From NCBI GenBank assembly GCA_934177485.1, contig CAKPPF010000004.1, forward strand, positions 10,916 through 74,915: a DNA stretch of 64,000 bases. Reading direction: 5' to 3'. Below are positions 20,269-30,802 of the stretch, piece by piece. Below the pieces are notes generated by a model. That model was not told where the DNA came from. It worked only from the letters and a program-made list of their open reading frames with translations, and ran no database searches. Position 1 is the stretch's first letter; each line of letters begins with the position of its first letter. The position numbers and the translations under genes were made by a program. The DNA comes from an uncultured Clostridia bacterium. GTDB taxonomy: Bacteria; Bacillota; Clostridia; TANB77; CAG-508.

Positions 20269-22635
20269 TTATCCTCTTAATTCTGCATCTATTTTATTTT
20301 GTAGAGTTTCTATTACTTTGCTCATTATAGTATTTATTTCTTCATCTGTTAATGTTCTATCCATTGTTCCAAATGATAATGAATATGCTATACTTCTTTT
20401 ATTTTTTGGTATATTTATTCCTTGGTATACGTCAAACATTTCTATTTTAGTTAGCAATGCTCCTGCTGCTTTTTTTATTAGTTTTGCAATTTCATCTGAT
20501 GAAATGTTTTTATCTACTACTATAGCTAAGTCCTTTGATATTTCTGGATATTTAGAAATTTCTTTGAATTTCATTTTTCCTGTTCTTTTGCTAAGTAGTT
20601 TATCTAAATTAATTTCTAATACATATACATCATCTTTTTCAACTGATGGGTGTAGTTTTCCTACTATTCCAACTACATCATTATTTACAGATATTGCTGC
20701 AGTTTGCCCAGGATGCATTTCTTTAGGCATTTTATTTGGTAGTACAAAGCTATATCTTCCGCTATAACCTAAATAATCTAGCACTTCTTCTGCTACACCT
20801 TTTATTACGTAAAAATCAACATCTTTTTTGTTTTCTATTCCTAAATAATATTTGCCAGACATTAATACTGCAAGTTTTTTATCTTCACCGTAATTTTCTT
20901 TTTTGTAAAAACCTTTTCCAATTTCAAATATAGATACATCTTTAACATTTCTTGCTTTGTTATATTCATATATTTTAAAAAGTGAAGCTAAAACACTATA
21001 TCTTAATGTGCTTCTTTCTTCTGTAATTGGATCTAATAATTTTACTTTTTCGAATTCGTCAGTTGTAAAACCATCTGCTTCGTCTTCTCTTACTAATACA
21101 TATGATAAAGTTTCATTTAATCCTAAAGAAATCATTTTATTTCTAATTTCTCTATCTGTTTTATCTAAGCTTCCCTGTTTCATAGGAACTGTTGGCAATT
21201 TACCTTGTATATTGTCTAGTCCGTATATTCTTCCAACTTCCTCAATTAAATCTTCTTTTATTGATATATCTAATCTTCTTGTTGGTACTGTTACATAAAC
21301 TTTTTCGTCTTTTACTTCATATGTAAATCCTAATTTTCTAAAAACTTCTAATATGTCTTCATTTGGTATTTTCATTCCTAGTACATCTGTTATATTTTCA
21401 AAAGTAATTTCAATTATTTTTGGTTTTACGTTTGTTGTATCATATTTTACTGTTCCTGTTACAACTGTTCCCTCTGCATATTCTGCCAATAGTTTAGCTG
21501 CTCTTTCTGCTGCCATATGTGTTCTATTTGGGTCTAGCCCTTTTTCAAATCTATTGCTTGCTTCGCTTCTTAATATTTTATTTGATGTAACTCTAACTTT
21601 TACACTATCAAAAACAGCAGCTTCTATTATTACATTTTTAGTATTTTCTGTAACTTCTGTATCTAGTCCACCCATAACACCAGCTAGACCAATTGCTTCT
21701 TTTCCATTTGAAATTACAATATCATTAGAAGTTAAAGTTCTTTGTATATTATCAAGTGTTGTTAGTTTTTCTCCTTCTTGTGCCATTCTAACTTCAATTT
21801 CATTATTTAATTTATCAGCATCGTAAAAATGTAATGGTTGACCTAATTCTAACATTACATAGTTACTTATATCTACTACATTATTTATTGGTCTTATTCC
21901 AGATGCAATTAATCTATTTTGAATAAATTTAGGGCTTTCTTTTATTACAACATTTTCAACCTTTTTTGCTAAAAATACACTGCAATTTTCAGTATTTATA
22001 TTTAGTTTAAAGCTTTTGTTTAAATCTTCTCCAGTTTCGTTATGAGATAAATCTACCTCTTTAACTGGCTTATTGTAAATTGCTCCTAATTCATAAGCCA
22101 TACCTAGAATACTAAGTAAATCTCCCCTATTTGTTGTAAGTTCAAAATCAATCACAGAATCATCCATTTGTAATGCTTTTATTGGGTCATCACCCGGTTT
22201 ACTATCAGATGGTAATTCATGTATTCCTGCCTTTTCAGCTTCGTTTAAAAATTTAGGTTCAATTCCAAGTTCTAAAAGTGAGCATAACATTCCATTAGAC
22301 TCTACTCCTCTTTTCATTGCCTTTTTTATTTTAAAATCACCTGGAAGAACTGCTCCATCTAAAGCAACAATTACTTTTAAACCTTTTCTAACATTAGGTG
22401 CTCCACATACAATTTGTAATACTTCATTTCCAACATTAACTTTACATACATGTAAGTGGTCTGAATCTGGGTGCATTTCACATTCTATAACTTCACCAAC
22501 AACTAAATTTGTTGCATTAATTAAATTTTCTGCAGAATCATATTCATTTCCAACTCTAGTCATATCTTCAGCCAAAGTTTTAACATCTACATCTATATCT
22601 ATGTAATCTTTAACAAAATTTGTACTTAATTTCAT
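20269..22635 (-). CDS. pheT: phenylalanine--tRNA ligase beta subunit
   Basis: 788 aa with an N-terminal tRNA-binding domain, B3/B4 domains and a C-terminal FDX-ACB domain; follows pheS. Confidence 0.95.
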   Translation of the reverse strand: MKLSTNFVKDYIDIDVDVKTLAEDMTRVGNEYDSAENLINATNLVVGEVIECEMHPDSDHLHVCKVNVGNEVLQIVCGAPNVRKGLKVIVALDGAVLPGDFKIKKAMKRGVESNGMLCSLLELGIEPKFLNEAEKAGIHELPSDSKPGDDPIKALQMDDSVIDFELTTNRGDLLSILGMAYELGAIYNKPVKEVDLSHNETGEDLNKSFKLNINTENCSVFLAKKVENVVIKESPKFIQNRLIASGIRPINNVVDISNYVMLELGQPLHFYDADKLNNEIEVRMAQEGEKLTTLDNIQRTLTSNDIVISNGKEAIGLAGVMGGLDTEVTENTKNVIIEAAVFDSVKVRVTSNKILRSEASNRFEKGLDPNRTHMAAERAAKLLAEYAEGTVVTGTVKYDTTNVKPKIIEITFENITDVLGMKIPNEDILEVFRKLGFTYEVKDEKVYVTVPTRRLDISIKEDLIEEVGRIYGLDNIQGKLPTVPMKQGSLDKTDREIRNKMISLGLNETLSYVLVREDEADGFTTDEFEKVKLLDPITEERSTLRYSVLASLFKIYEYNKARNVKDVSIFEIGKGFYKKENYGEDKKLAVLMSGKYYLGIENKKDVDFYVIKGVAEEVLDYLGYSGRYSFVLPNKMPKEMHPGQTAAISVNNDVVGIVGKLHPSVEKDDVYVLEINLDKLLSKRTGKMKFKEISKYPEISKDLAIVVDKNISSDEIAKLIKKAAGALLTKIEMFDVYQGINIPKNKRSIAYSLSFGTMDRTLTDEEINTIMSKVIETLQNKIDAELRG

Positions 22636-22637
22636 AA

Positions 22638-23684
22638 CTAAATATCCCTCCTATCAAATTGAGAAAGAAATCTCACATCATTTTGATACAAATATCTCAT
22701 GTCTGTTATTCCGTATTTAAACATTGCTAAACGGTCTATTCCTGTTCCAAATGCAAATCCTCCATATTGTTCTGGGTCATATCCATTCATTTTTAATACA
22801 TTTGGATGTACAATTCCTGCTCCTAGTATTTCTATCCATCCTGTTTGTTTACATAGGTTACAACCTTTTCCTCCGCATTTAAAACATGTTACATCTACCT
22901 CATATGATGGTTCTGTAAATGGGAAGTAGCTTGGTCTAAAACGCAAACTTAAATTATCTCCTAACATTTCTTTAACAAATACTTCTAAAGTTCCTTTTAA
23001 ATCTGCTAAAGATACATTTCTTTCTTTTTTATCTATTACTAAACCTTCAACTTGATTAAATTGGTGTGAATGTGTTGCATCGTCTTCTCTTCTATATGTT
23101 TTTCCTGTACAAATTATTCTTATTGGTGATTTTTCTTCATTAGCAAGCATTGTTCGTGCTTGAACTGCAGATGTTTGTGTTCTTAGCAAATACTCTGGAG
23201 TAATATAAAAACTATCTTGCATATCTCTTGCTGGATGTCCTTTAGGAAGATTTAATCTTTCAAAACAAAATTCGTCTGTTTCAAGTTCTGGACCATCTAC
23301 AACATCATACCCCATAGATACAAATAGGTCTTGTATTTGTTCTATTGTTCTATTTATTGGGTGTTTACTTCCTCTTTTTATTTTAGAACTTGGTAGTGTA
23401 ATATCTATTTTTTCTTCCTCTAATTTTTTCTCCAACTCTTTTTGTTTAAGTAATTTTTCTGCTTTTTCTATTGAACTTTCAATGTCTTCCTTAACTTTAT
23501 TTACCAAATTTCCAATCACTGGTCTTTCTTCTGCAGATAAATCTTTCATACCTCTTAATATTTCTGTAAGTTCGCCTTTTTTTCCTAACACTTTAACTCT
23601 TAAGTCATTTAATGATTGCATGTCTTTAATATTTGCAATTCTTTCTTTTGCTCTTATGCTAATTTCTTCTAGTTTTTCTTTCAT
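22638..23684 (-). CDS. pheS: phenylalanine--tRNA ligase alpha subunit
   Basis: Motifs [23 protein letters not shown] and [13 protein letters not shown]. Confidence 0.95.
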   Translation of the reverse strand: MKEKLEEISIRAKERIANIKDMQSLNDLRVKVLGKKGELTEILRGMKDLSAEERPVIGNLVNKVKEDIESSIEKAEKLLKQKELEKKLEEEKIDITLPSSKIKRGSKHPINRTIEQIQDLFVSMGYDVVDGPELETDEFCFERLNLPKGHPARDMQDSFYITPEYLLRTQTSAVQARTMLANEEKSPIRIICTGKTYRREDDATHSHQFNQVEGLVIDKKERNVSLADLKGTLEVFVKEMLGDNLSLRFRPSYFPFTEPSYEVDVTCFKCGGKGCNLCKQTGWIEILGAGIVHPNVLKMNGYDPEQYGGFAFGTGIDRLAMFKYGITDMRYLYQNDVRFLSQFDRRDI

Positions 23685-23962
23685 AATAACTTATAACCTC
23701 CTTATACAAAAAGAGCCTCCCCTATATTATTATAGGGAGACTCTTTATATCTCTGTACCACCTAATTTCATCAATTTTTATTGACCTCATTATGGTTGTA
23801 ACGTAACCAACGCTTCTATCTACTATTATTCAATAGAAGTCTAATAAAGTGAAATTTCTGATAAATATATATTAATAGATTTCTCAGCTATAATCTATTT
23901 CTCTTTTGAATATACTGTTATTTATCATACTTTGCTTTATTTTTAGATTTATATTTTATACG
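23685..23962 (-). promoter_or_regulatory. T-box leader (tRNA-Phe-sensing candidate) of pheST
   Basis: On the minus strand, T-box sequence AAATTAGGTGGTACAGAG (23751-23768) precedes the terminator AGAGTCTCCCTATA-ATAA-TATAGGGGAGGCTCT plus a U-run. The candidate specifier region contains UUC. The promoter is TTGCAA-17-TAATAT at 23969-23997. Confidence 0.8.
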
Positions 23963-24060
23963 TATATTATATTAACATATTTTTTAAATTATTGCAATAG
24001 TTTTAAGAAAAGTGTCTTTGCCACATGTGTATAATATTTTTAGATATTACTAAGTTTTCT

Positions 24061-24216
24061 TGTAGGCACATGACCTGCCCCTACAAGAACAAATCGACTT
24101 TAATCGCCCTTTGTTCTCGCCCGATTTGAGTTTTCGACTGTAAGGAGAAAATCTTAAAGGGCATGCGTTTAGCTATTTTTATATAGTAGGAAATTAGAAA
24201 TTTCCTACTATATAAA
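24061..24216 (+). repeat. intergenic repeat: GGCAGG-type hairpin plus unit B
   Basis: 24087-24216 is almost identical to 30637-30765. The terminal palindrome TATATAGTAGGAAAT/ATTTCCTACTATATA lies at 24180-24214. Confidence 0.8.
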
Positions 24217-24270
24217 AAAGATCGTATGTTATATACGACCTTTTCTATATTTAAAATGATATAGTTTTAA

Positions 24271-24636
24271 TTAAGCAAGTTCAACAACTGCTCCAACTTC
24301 TACGAATTTAGCTTTTAATTCTTCAGCTTCTTCTTTAGCTACACCTTCTTTAACTGTTTTTGGTGCTCCATCAACTAAATCTTTAGCTTCTTTTAATCCT
24401 AATCCTGTTGCATCTCTAACAACTTTGATTACTTGGATTTTGTTAGCTCCTACTTCTTTTAATACAACATCAAAAGATGATTTTTCTTCAGCAGCTCCTG
24501 CTACTGCTCCAGCTGCTGCTGGTGCTGCAGCTGCAACTGCAGATACTCCAAATTCTTCTTCTATAGCTTTTACTAAATCAGCTAATTCAACTACTGTCAT
24601 TTTTTTGATTTCTTCAATCATTTCTTCTTTACTCAT
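24271..24636 (-). CDS. rplL: 50S ribosomal protein L7/L12
   Basis: Ala-rich hinge and conserved C-terminal domain ([15 protein letters not shown]). Confidence 0.97.
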   Translation of the reverse strand: MSKEEMIEEIKKMTVVELADLVKAIEEEFGVSAVAAAAPAAAGAVAGAAEEKSSFDVVLKEVGANKIQVIKVVRDATGLGLKEAKDLVDGAPKTVKEGVAKEEAEELKAKFVEVGAVVELA

Positions 24637-24741
24637 TTTATAATCCTCCTAAATTTTTTTATTTTTTCTTTATTTTTTCAGTCTTAAAGATTTGACTATT
24701 TTTTTAATATTTTTTAAGCATAAATATAGTTTATCATTAAT

Positions 24742-25242
24742 CTATGCTGTTTCTTGTTGTTTTTTAACTTCATTAAGTGCAACTGCAAGTTTTGATATAT
24801 TTCCAAGTAATGCACCAGCAAGCATACCAATAAGAGTTTCTTTTGATGGTAATTTTGCAAGAGTAATTATCTCTTCAACAGACATTATTTTTCCATCTAT
24901 AATTCCACCTTTAATTTTGTAGAAATCATTTTTCTTAGAAAACTCATATATTGCTTTAGCTGTATCTAAATAATCTTCATTATTCATTATTACAGCTGTT
25001 GGTCCAACTAATACATCTTCTAATCCTGCATATTCGCATTTTTCTAAAGCTCTTTTTGTTATATTATTTTTTATAACTTTGTATTCAGAATTAGCTTTTC
25101 TTAATTCAGCTCTTAATCCTGTAACACCATCAACTGTAATTCCTCTGTAGTCTGTTAAAAGAACTATTTTAGCTGCTTTTATTTTTTCTGCTAATTCATT
25201 AACTTCTTTCTCTTTTTGAGCTATTATTTTTTCATTTGCCAT
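24742..25242 (-). CDS. rplJ: 50S ribosomal protein L10
   Basis: L10-like sequence in the conserved rplJ-rplL order. Confidence 0.97.
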   Translation of the reverse strand: MANEKIIAQKEKEVNELAEKIKAAKIVLLTDYRGITVDGVTGLRAELRKANSEYKVIKNNITKRALEKCEYAGLEDVLVGPTAVIMNNEDYLDTAKAIYEFSKKNDFYKIKGGIIDGKIMSVEEIITLAKLPSKETLIGMLAGALLGNISKLAVALNEVKKQQETA

Positions 25243-25420
25243 TTTAAAATTTCACCTCCCAAAAGATTATTATATTTAAATTAAATATTAAAAACACTCT
25301 GTATAGCCAAACCGACATATACAGAGTGTACATAAATTTAATACATTCTCTTTTTTGTATACCTCGGTAGGACTTAATTTTTTGCCTACTGTCTTTGGCT
25401 ATTAATTTTTACAATTAAAA
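25243..25420 (-). promoter_or_regulatory. rplJ (L10) leader with terminator/antiterminator alternative
   Basis: On the minus strand, the hairpin ACACTCTGTATA-N12-TATACAGAGTGT (25294-25329) is followed by a U-run. Upstream TAGCCAAAGAC can pair with the loop GTCGGTTTGGCTA. Confidence 0.6.
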
Positions 25421-26098
25421 TTATTTAACAAATATAGATGGTCCCATTGTTGTGTTTACAGCAACACTTCTAATATATTGACCTTTAGCTGCTGCTGGTT
25501 TAGCTTTTATAATAGCTTCCATAACTGTTTCATAATTTTCTAATAATTTTTCAGCTCCGAATGATACTTTTCCAAAGCCTAAGTGAATTATATTAGTTTT
25601 ATCTAATCTATATTCAACTTTACCAGATTTGATATCTTTTATAGCTTTTGTAACATCCATTGTTACTGTTCCAGACTTAGGGTTTGGCATTAATCCTTTT
25701 GGTCCTAATACTTTACCAAGTCTTCCTACTACACCCATCATATCAGGAGTAGCAACTATAACATCATAATCAAACCAGTTTTCTTTTTCGATTTTGGGTA
25801 TTAATTCTTCTGCTCCAACGAAATCTGCTCCTGCTTTTTCAGCTTCTGCAGCTTTATCTCCTTTAGCAAATACTAATACTTTTAGTGTTTTACCTGTTCC
25901 ATTAGGAAGTACAACTGTACCTCTTACTTGTTGTTCTGCATGTTTAGAATCAACACCTAATTTAACATGTAATTCAACTGTTTCATCAAATTTAGCTTTT
26001 GGAAACTTTTCAATAGTTTCAATTGCTTCTTTTGCTGAGTAATCTTTTGAGCTGTCTATTAATTTTTCAGCTTCAAGATATCTTTTTCCTTTTTTCAT
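25421..26098 (-). CDS. rplA: 50S ribosomal protein L1
   Basis: L1-like sequence ([21 protein letters not shown]). Confidence 0.97.
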   Translation of the reverse strand: MKKGKRYLEAEKLIDSSKDYSAKEAIETIEKFPKAKFDETVELHVKLGVDSKHAEQQVRGTVVLPNGTGKTLKVLVFAKGDKAAEAEKAGADFVGAEELIPKIEKENWFDYDVIVATPDMMGVVGRLGKVLGPKGLMPNPKSGTVTMDVTKAIKDIKSGKVEYRLDKTNIIHLGFGKVSFGAEKLLENYETVMEAIIKAKPAAAKGQYIRSVAVNTTMGPSIFVK

Positions 26099-26304
26099 TT
26101 TAAAACCTCCCTTGGTATTAACGGATTTCTCCTCCCAAAAATTTATATTGAAAACGATTTATCGTTTTTACAATCTTTTAATTATATAGAATGAATTAGA
26201 AGCAAGTATAACAAGGCAATCAAGCTGAAAATCCGCAGTCGTACTTTTTGTACGTCGAGGACATTTTCAAGCGATGATTAACGAAGTTAGACGCCGCTTA
26301 TAAT

Positions 26305-26733
26305 TTATTCAGAAACAATAATACCCATAGATCTAGCAGTCCCCTTAACCATACTCATAGCACTTTCTAAAGATGCTGCATTTAAATCTTCCATTTTTTG
26401 TTCTGCAATTTGTTTAACTTGTTCCATTGTTATTGTTGCAACTTTATCTCTATTTGGTTTTCCAGAACCTTTTTCTATTTTTAAAGCTTTTTTAATTAAT
26501 ACTGCAACTGGTGGAACTTTTGTAATAAATTCAAATGATTTATCTTTATAAACAGTTATAACAACTGGTATTATCATTCCAGGTTGGTTAGCTGTTCTAT
26601 CGTTAAATTCCTTAACAAATTGCATAATATTAACACCACTTGATCCTAATGCTGGTCCAACAGGTGGAGCTGGTGTTGCTTTTCCTGCTTCAATTTGTAA
26701 TTTAATTACGTTTGTAATTTCTTTTTCTGCCAT
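26305..26733 (-). CDS. rplK: 50S ribosomal protein L11
   Basis: PPVGPALG motif and L11-like length. Confidence 0.97.
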   Translation of the reverse strand: MAEKEITNVIKLQIEAGKATPAPPVGPALGSSGVNIMQFVKEFNDRTANQPGMIIPVVITVYKDKSFEFITKVPPVAVLIKKALKIEKGSGKPNRDKVATITMEQVKQIAEQKMEDLNAASLESAMSMVKGTARSMGIIVSE

Positions 26734-26820
26734 TTTTCTGGCCTCCTTGTTTCTTATTTTAATATTTTTTATTAACTAGAAACCTGTATAACAATGTCAT
26801 ACTAAGTTTATAATTGAATT

Positions 26821-27354
26821 TTATATTTTTTGAACTTGTGAGAATTCTAATTCTACTGGTGTTTCTCTACCAAACATAGAAACTAAAACTTTAACTTTAT
26901 GTTTTTCTTTATTTATTTCTTGAACTACACCAACAAAATTTTCGAATGGTCCATTCATAACTCTAACAGAATCATTAACATCATAGTCAATATTAATTGG
27001 AACATCTTCAAATCCCATATTTCTTATTTCTTCATCTGTTAAAGCTATTGGATCTGTTCCTGATCCTACGAAGCCTGTAACTCCTCTAGTATTTCTAACT
27101 ATATACCAAGTTTCCTCAGTAACAATCATTTTTATAAGTACATAGCCTGGAAATACTTTCTTTAAATTAGTTTTTTTCTTTCCATCCTTTATTTCTATTT
27201 GTTCCTCCATTGGAACTACTATCTCAAAAAAGAAATCTTCTAATTCTCTATTTTTAATTTTATTTTCTAAATCTGTTTTTACTTTATTTTCATACCCTGA
27301 ATATGTATGCACTACATACCATCTAGGATTAGAATCATAATTTTTATCAGACAT
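26821..27354 (-). CDS. nusG: transcription termination/antitermination factor NusG
   Basis: NGN domain ([14 protein letters not shown]) plus KOW motif; position between secE and rplK. Confidence 0.95.
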   Translation of the reverse strand: MSDKNYDSNPRWYVVHTYSGYENKVKTDLENKIKNRELEDFFFEIVVPMEEQIEIKDGKKKTNLKKVFPGYVLIKMIVTEETWYIVRNTRGVTGFVGSGTDPIALTDEEIRNMGFEDVPINIDYDVNDSVRVMNGPFENFVGVVQEINKEKHKVKVLVSMFGRETPVELEFSQVQKI

Positions 27355-27381
27355 AATAAAAGACTCCTCCTCTAAAAAATA

Positions 27382-27735
27382 TTATTCCACATTAGATTCT
27401 TCACTAGAAGCATTATCAGTTGAATTTGTTTCTTCTGATACAGTGTTAGAATTATCAGTTGAATTTTCTACAGTATTTTCATTTTTTTGTATATTTGACT
27501 GTAGTTTTGTTACACCATGATGTAGACCGTTAAATCCTAAGTCTAATGCAAAAACAATAATTCCTATAACAAGTACTATTGTTATAACTGCTATTGTACT
27601 ATTTAATAATTGTTTTGGAGTAGGCCATACGACTTTTTTTAGCTCTGTTTTAAAATCTTTGAAAAAACTTTTTTTGTTTTTTGTATCTTTTTTAGATTTT
27701 TTATTAGCTTCTGGCTTTGTTTCTTTTTTTGCCAT
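27382..27735 (-). CDS. secE: preprotein translocase subunit SecE with Lys-rich N-terminal and Ser/Asn-rich C-terminal extensions
   Basis: Core ELKKVVWPTPKQL followed by a single TM helix; conserved position. Confidence 0.8.
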   Translation of the reverse strand: MAKKETKPEANKKSKKDTKNKKSFFKDFKTELKKVVWPTPKQLLNSTIAVITIVLVIGIIVFALDLGFNGLHHGVTKLQSNIQKNENTVENSTDNSNTVSEETNSTDNASSEESNVE

Positions 27736-27758
27736 TTTCTTACCTCCTAAAACAGTTA

Positions 27759-27923
27759 TTATTTTGTTTCCTTATGTGTTGTACGTTTTTTGCAGAATTT
27801 ACAATATTTAACTATTTCTAATCTGTCTGTATTATTTCTTTTATTTTTTGAAGTCATGTAATTTCTTCTTTTACATTCTGTACATTCTAATGTTATATTT
27901 TCTCTTGGTCCTTTTGCTGCCAT
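27759..27923 (-). CDS. rpmG: 50S ribosomal protein L33
   Basis: 54-aa ORF not in the track: [54 protein letters not shown]. It has CxxC...CxxC and the RBS GGAGGTG. Confidence 0.9.
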   Translation of the reverse strand: MAAKGPRENITLECTECKRRNYMTSKNKRNNTDRLEIVKYCKFCKKRTTHKETK

Positions 27924-28005
27924 TTTATACACCTCCGTAGCCTTCTAGGCTTTTTAAAATTTTGAAACGATGTGAGTACGTGCATTTAAGCACATATACT
28001 GAAAT

Positions 28006-28034
28006 ATTTTAACACATTATGTATTATTTGTCAA
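28006..28034 (-). promoter_or_regulatory. sigma-A-type promoter of rpmG-secE-nusG
   Basis: Minus strand TTGACA-17 nt-TAAAAT. Confidence 0.55.
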
Positions 28035-28164
28035 CGAGTAGATAGATTTTTTTTATTTTTTCGAACTTTTTTAATCTTAAATATGCTAAACTACATATTT
28101 CATAAATGGATTATAAGTTTTATAGTATATTAAAAGGACGAATCTTTAAGATTCATCCTTTGCT

Positions 28165-29919
28165 TTATCTTTTTATTTTATTTGTTGTTGTTTTGTTGAA
28201 TTCTGTTTTTCTTATTTCTATGCTTTGAATATGTTTGTATGAAGGTAATTCTTTAGTTGCTTTTGAAATATCTTTCTTTAATTGTTCTTCTATATTTTCA
28301 CAATTCATTTCAGCAACAACTTCTTTATTTAAAAATACTTCTGCGCATAAAGAAACTTCTTCTCCATTTTTATTTTTAGTTGACTTTACAATTACTTCTT
28401 GAACATATGGAATACTTGAAATATAATTTTCTATTTCTTCTGGGTATATGTTCTTTCCGTTACTTAATACTATTACATTTTTCTTTCTACCATTAATAAC
28501 AAGTTGACCTTTATCGTTTATTCTTCCATAGTCTTCTGTATTAAACCACCCATCTACTAAAACTTTCGCTGTTTTTTCAGGTTGTTTATAGTATCCCATC
28601 ATAACAATGTCGCCTTTAACCCAGATTTCTCCATCGCCATCTTCATTTTTATTTCTTATATCAACCTCGCAGCATGGAAGAATTACACCAACAGTTGCTG
28701 GGTCATTATTGTAATTTTTTCTATTAACACTAACAAGTGGAGAACATTCTGTTATTCCATATCCATTTAATAGCATTATTCCTATATCATTAAAGAATTT
28801 TCCTATTTCTGGTCTTATTGGTGCTCCTCCAACTACTAATTGATATAGATTTCCACCAAATGCTTCATGTATTGATTTAAATAGTTGTTTTCTTTTATCT
28901 ATTCCTAATTTTCTTAAGAAATTACTTAAACCAATTAAGAATTTAAGTCCGCCTTCTTTTCCTTCTTTACGTACTTTGTTCCATATATTTTTGTAAAACA
29001 CTTCTGTAAAAGCTGGAACTAAATAAATGTAGTCTGGCTTATATAATTGCAAATTCTTTAAAACATTTTTTAAACTATCATTTATACATATTGTTACATG
29101 ATAATGAATACCAACTAATATTCCAGAAACTGCTTCATATGTATGATGATAAGGAAGAACAGATAAACATTTTGTTTCAACATCTGCAACTTGAAGTCCA
29201 TAGTATACACTACTTACTAAGTTATGTTCTGAAAGCATAACTCCTTTTGCAACTCCTGTTGTTCCTGATGTATATACCAACATTCTTAAATTGTTTGTTC
29301 CTTCATTTTCTAGTTCCACATATGATTTGTTTCCTGATTCATATTCTTTTTTTCCTAACTCTTTAAATTTATCAAAAGATAAAACATTTCCTTCATCTTC
29401 TTTTCTATTTAAACCTATAAAATATTTTATATTTGGTAAATCTTTTTTAAATTGTTCTATGTATTTTTCATATTTTTCTCCATAGAATAATATTTCGCTA
29501 TCACTATTGCTTAATAGATTAACTATATCTTTATATGGTAATTCTTTATCTATTGGAACAAATACTCCATTAGTTTTTAGTACTGTCAAATATACATTAA
29601 TCCATTTATAGCTATTATCTCCGATTATTGCTATATGGTTTTTCAACATATTAATCTTTGATAATGCTGTTCCTAGGTAAAAGGTATCATTTTGAAATTC
29701 TTTATATGTTACTTTTATTATATTATCTTTATCTTTTTCATCTCTATATTCAAATGCTATTTTATCACCTGCTTGTTTTACAGCAAGTTCCATCATTTCT
29801 TTAATGCTTTCAAATTTTTGAATTTTATTAAATTCGCAAACATTTTTTTTCATACGCTCTATCTCCTTTTTTAATCTAGTTTCGTAAACTAGATTATCAC
29901 TTTTATGATACTTTGTCAA
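28165..29919 (-). CDS. long-chain-fatty-acid--CoA ligase / AMP-binding enzyme
   Basis: Motifs YTSGTTGVAKGV, GYGITE and GRKKNVIVLSNGKNIYPEEIE. Start uncertain (TTG 29919 or the internal ATG at MKKNV). Confidence 0.85.
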   Translation of the reverse strand: MTKYHKSDNLVYETRLKKEIERMKKNVCEFNKIQKFESIKEMMELAVKQAGDKIAFEYRDEKDKDNIIKVTYKEFQNDTFYLGTALSKINMLKNHIAIIGDNSYKWINVYLTVLKTNGVFVPIDKELPYKDIVNLLSNSDSEILFYGEKYEKYIEQFKKDLPNIKYFIGLNRKEDEGNVLSFDKFKELGKKEYESGNKSYVELENEGTNNLRMLVYTSGTTGVAKGVMLSEHNLVSSVYYGLQVADVETKCLSVLPYHHTYEAVSGILVGIHYHVTICINDSLKNVLKNLQLYKPDYIYLVPAFTEVFYKNIWNKVRKEGKEGGLKFLIGLSNFLRKLGIDKRKQLFKSIHEAFGGNLYQLVVGGAPIRPEIGKFFNDIGIMLLNGYGITECSPLVSVNRKNYNNDPATVGVILPCCEVDIRNKNEDGDGEIWVKGDIVMMGYYKQPEKTAKVLVDGWFNTEDYGRINDKGQLVINGRKKNVIVLSNGKNIYPEEIENYISSIPYVQEVIVKSTKNKNGEEVSLCAEVFLNKEVVAEMNCENIEEQLKKDISKATKELPSYKHIQSIEIRKTEFNKTTTNKIKR

Positions 29920-29963
29920 CCTATTGACTAATATTTTTTAAAATGTTATTATGTAATTAGGAG

Positions 29964-30485
29964 GTGCAAAAAGTAATGGATAAAAAATCTACTTCTATCA
30001 AGGATTTCCATATACCTAGATGGGAAGAATTTCCAAATGTTGATTTATATTTAGACCAAGTTGTAAGTTTTATAAATACTTCTCTTTCTTCATATATTTC
30101 TATAGATAATGAAGATAAATCTGATAATCAGCTTCTTACAAAAACAATGATTAATAACTATGTAAAAAATTCTTTAATTGAGCCTCCACATAAAAAACAA
30201 TATTCTAAGAATCATTTGGCAAAATTATTTGCTATATGCGTTCTAAAACAAGTTTATAGCATGCAAGAAATAAAATATTTAATTGATATTGCAATTGAAG
30301 ATAATAAAATATCCAATGCTTATGATAATTTTTGTGATTTATTTGAAGAAGCATTAATTTGTACTTATTCAAAAAAAGATTTTATTGACAAAAATATTAA
30401 TAACGATAGTTTATACTTACTAAAATCAGTATTACTATCTTGTAGTTATAAAATTTATGTACAAAGCATTATTTCAAAACAATAA
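29964..30485 (+). CDS. DUF1836-like protein
   Basis: N-terminal FHIPRWEEFPNVDLYLDQV resembles the DUF1836 family; start GTG 29964 or ATG 29976. Confidence 0.65.
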   Translation: MQKVMDKKSTSIKDFHIPRWEEFPNVDLYLDQVVSFINTSLSSYISIDNEDKSDNQLLTKTMINNYVKNSLIEPPHKKQYSKNHLAKLFAICVLKQVYSMQEIKYLIDIAIEDNKISNAYDNFCDLFEEALICTYSKKDFIDKNINNDSLYLLKSVLLSCSYKIYVQSIISKQ

Positions 30486-30765
30486 GAAATTTCCTACTAT
30501 AAGAAAAGTGGCTTCGCCACACTTTTCTTCTCGCCGATTTGAGTTTCCGAATGAAATGAGGAAATCTCAAAGGCAATAGCGATTATAGCATATTTTGTTG
30601 AATAGAAAAATCTTCGATTTTTCCTATTCAAGAAAAAAGCGACTTCATGTCGCTCTTTGTTCTTGCCCGATTCGAGTTTTCGACTGTAAGGAGAAAATCT
30701 CAAAGGGCATGCGTTTAGCTATTTTTATATAGTAGGAAATGAAAAATTTCCTACTATATAAAAAA
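30486..30765 (+). repeat. tandem intergenic repeats: half-palindrome, unit A (30501-30636), unit B (30637-30765)
   Basis: Unit A matches 11341-11476 and unit B matches 24087-24216. Hairpins lie at 30504-30526, 30595-30632 and 30726-30760. Confidence 0.85.
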
Positions 30766-30802
30766 GTAGCAACATTCTTTATAGAATTGTTGCTACTTTT
30801 TT
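30761..30802. terminator. bidirectional intrinsic terminator
   Basis: GTAGCAACA-N13-TGTTGCTAC flanked by A5 and T6. Confidence 0.65.

Noticed and set aside
30501-30765. Tandem repeated units considered as a CRISPR array.
   Set aside because: There are only two units of about 130 bp, different from each other. There are no short unique spacers and no cas genes in the window.
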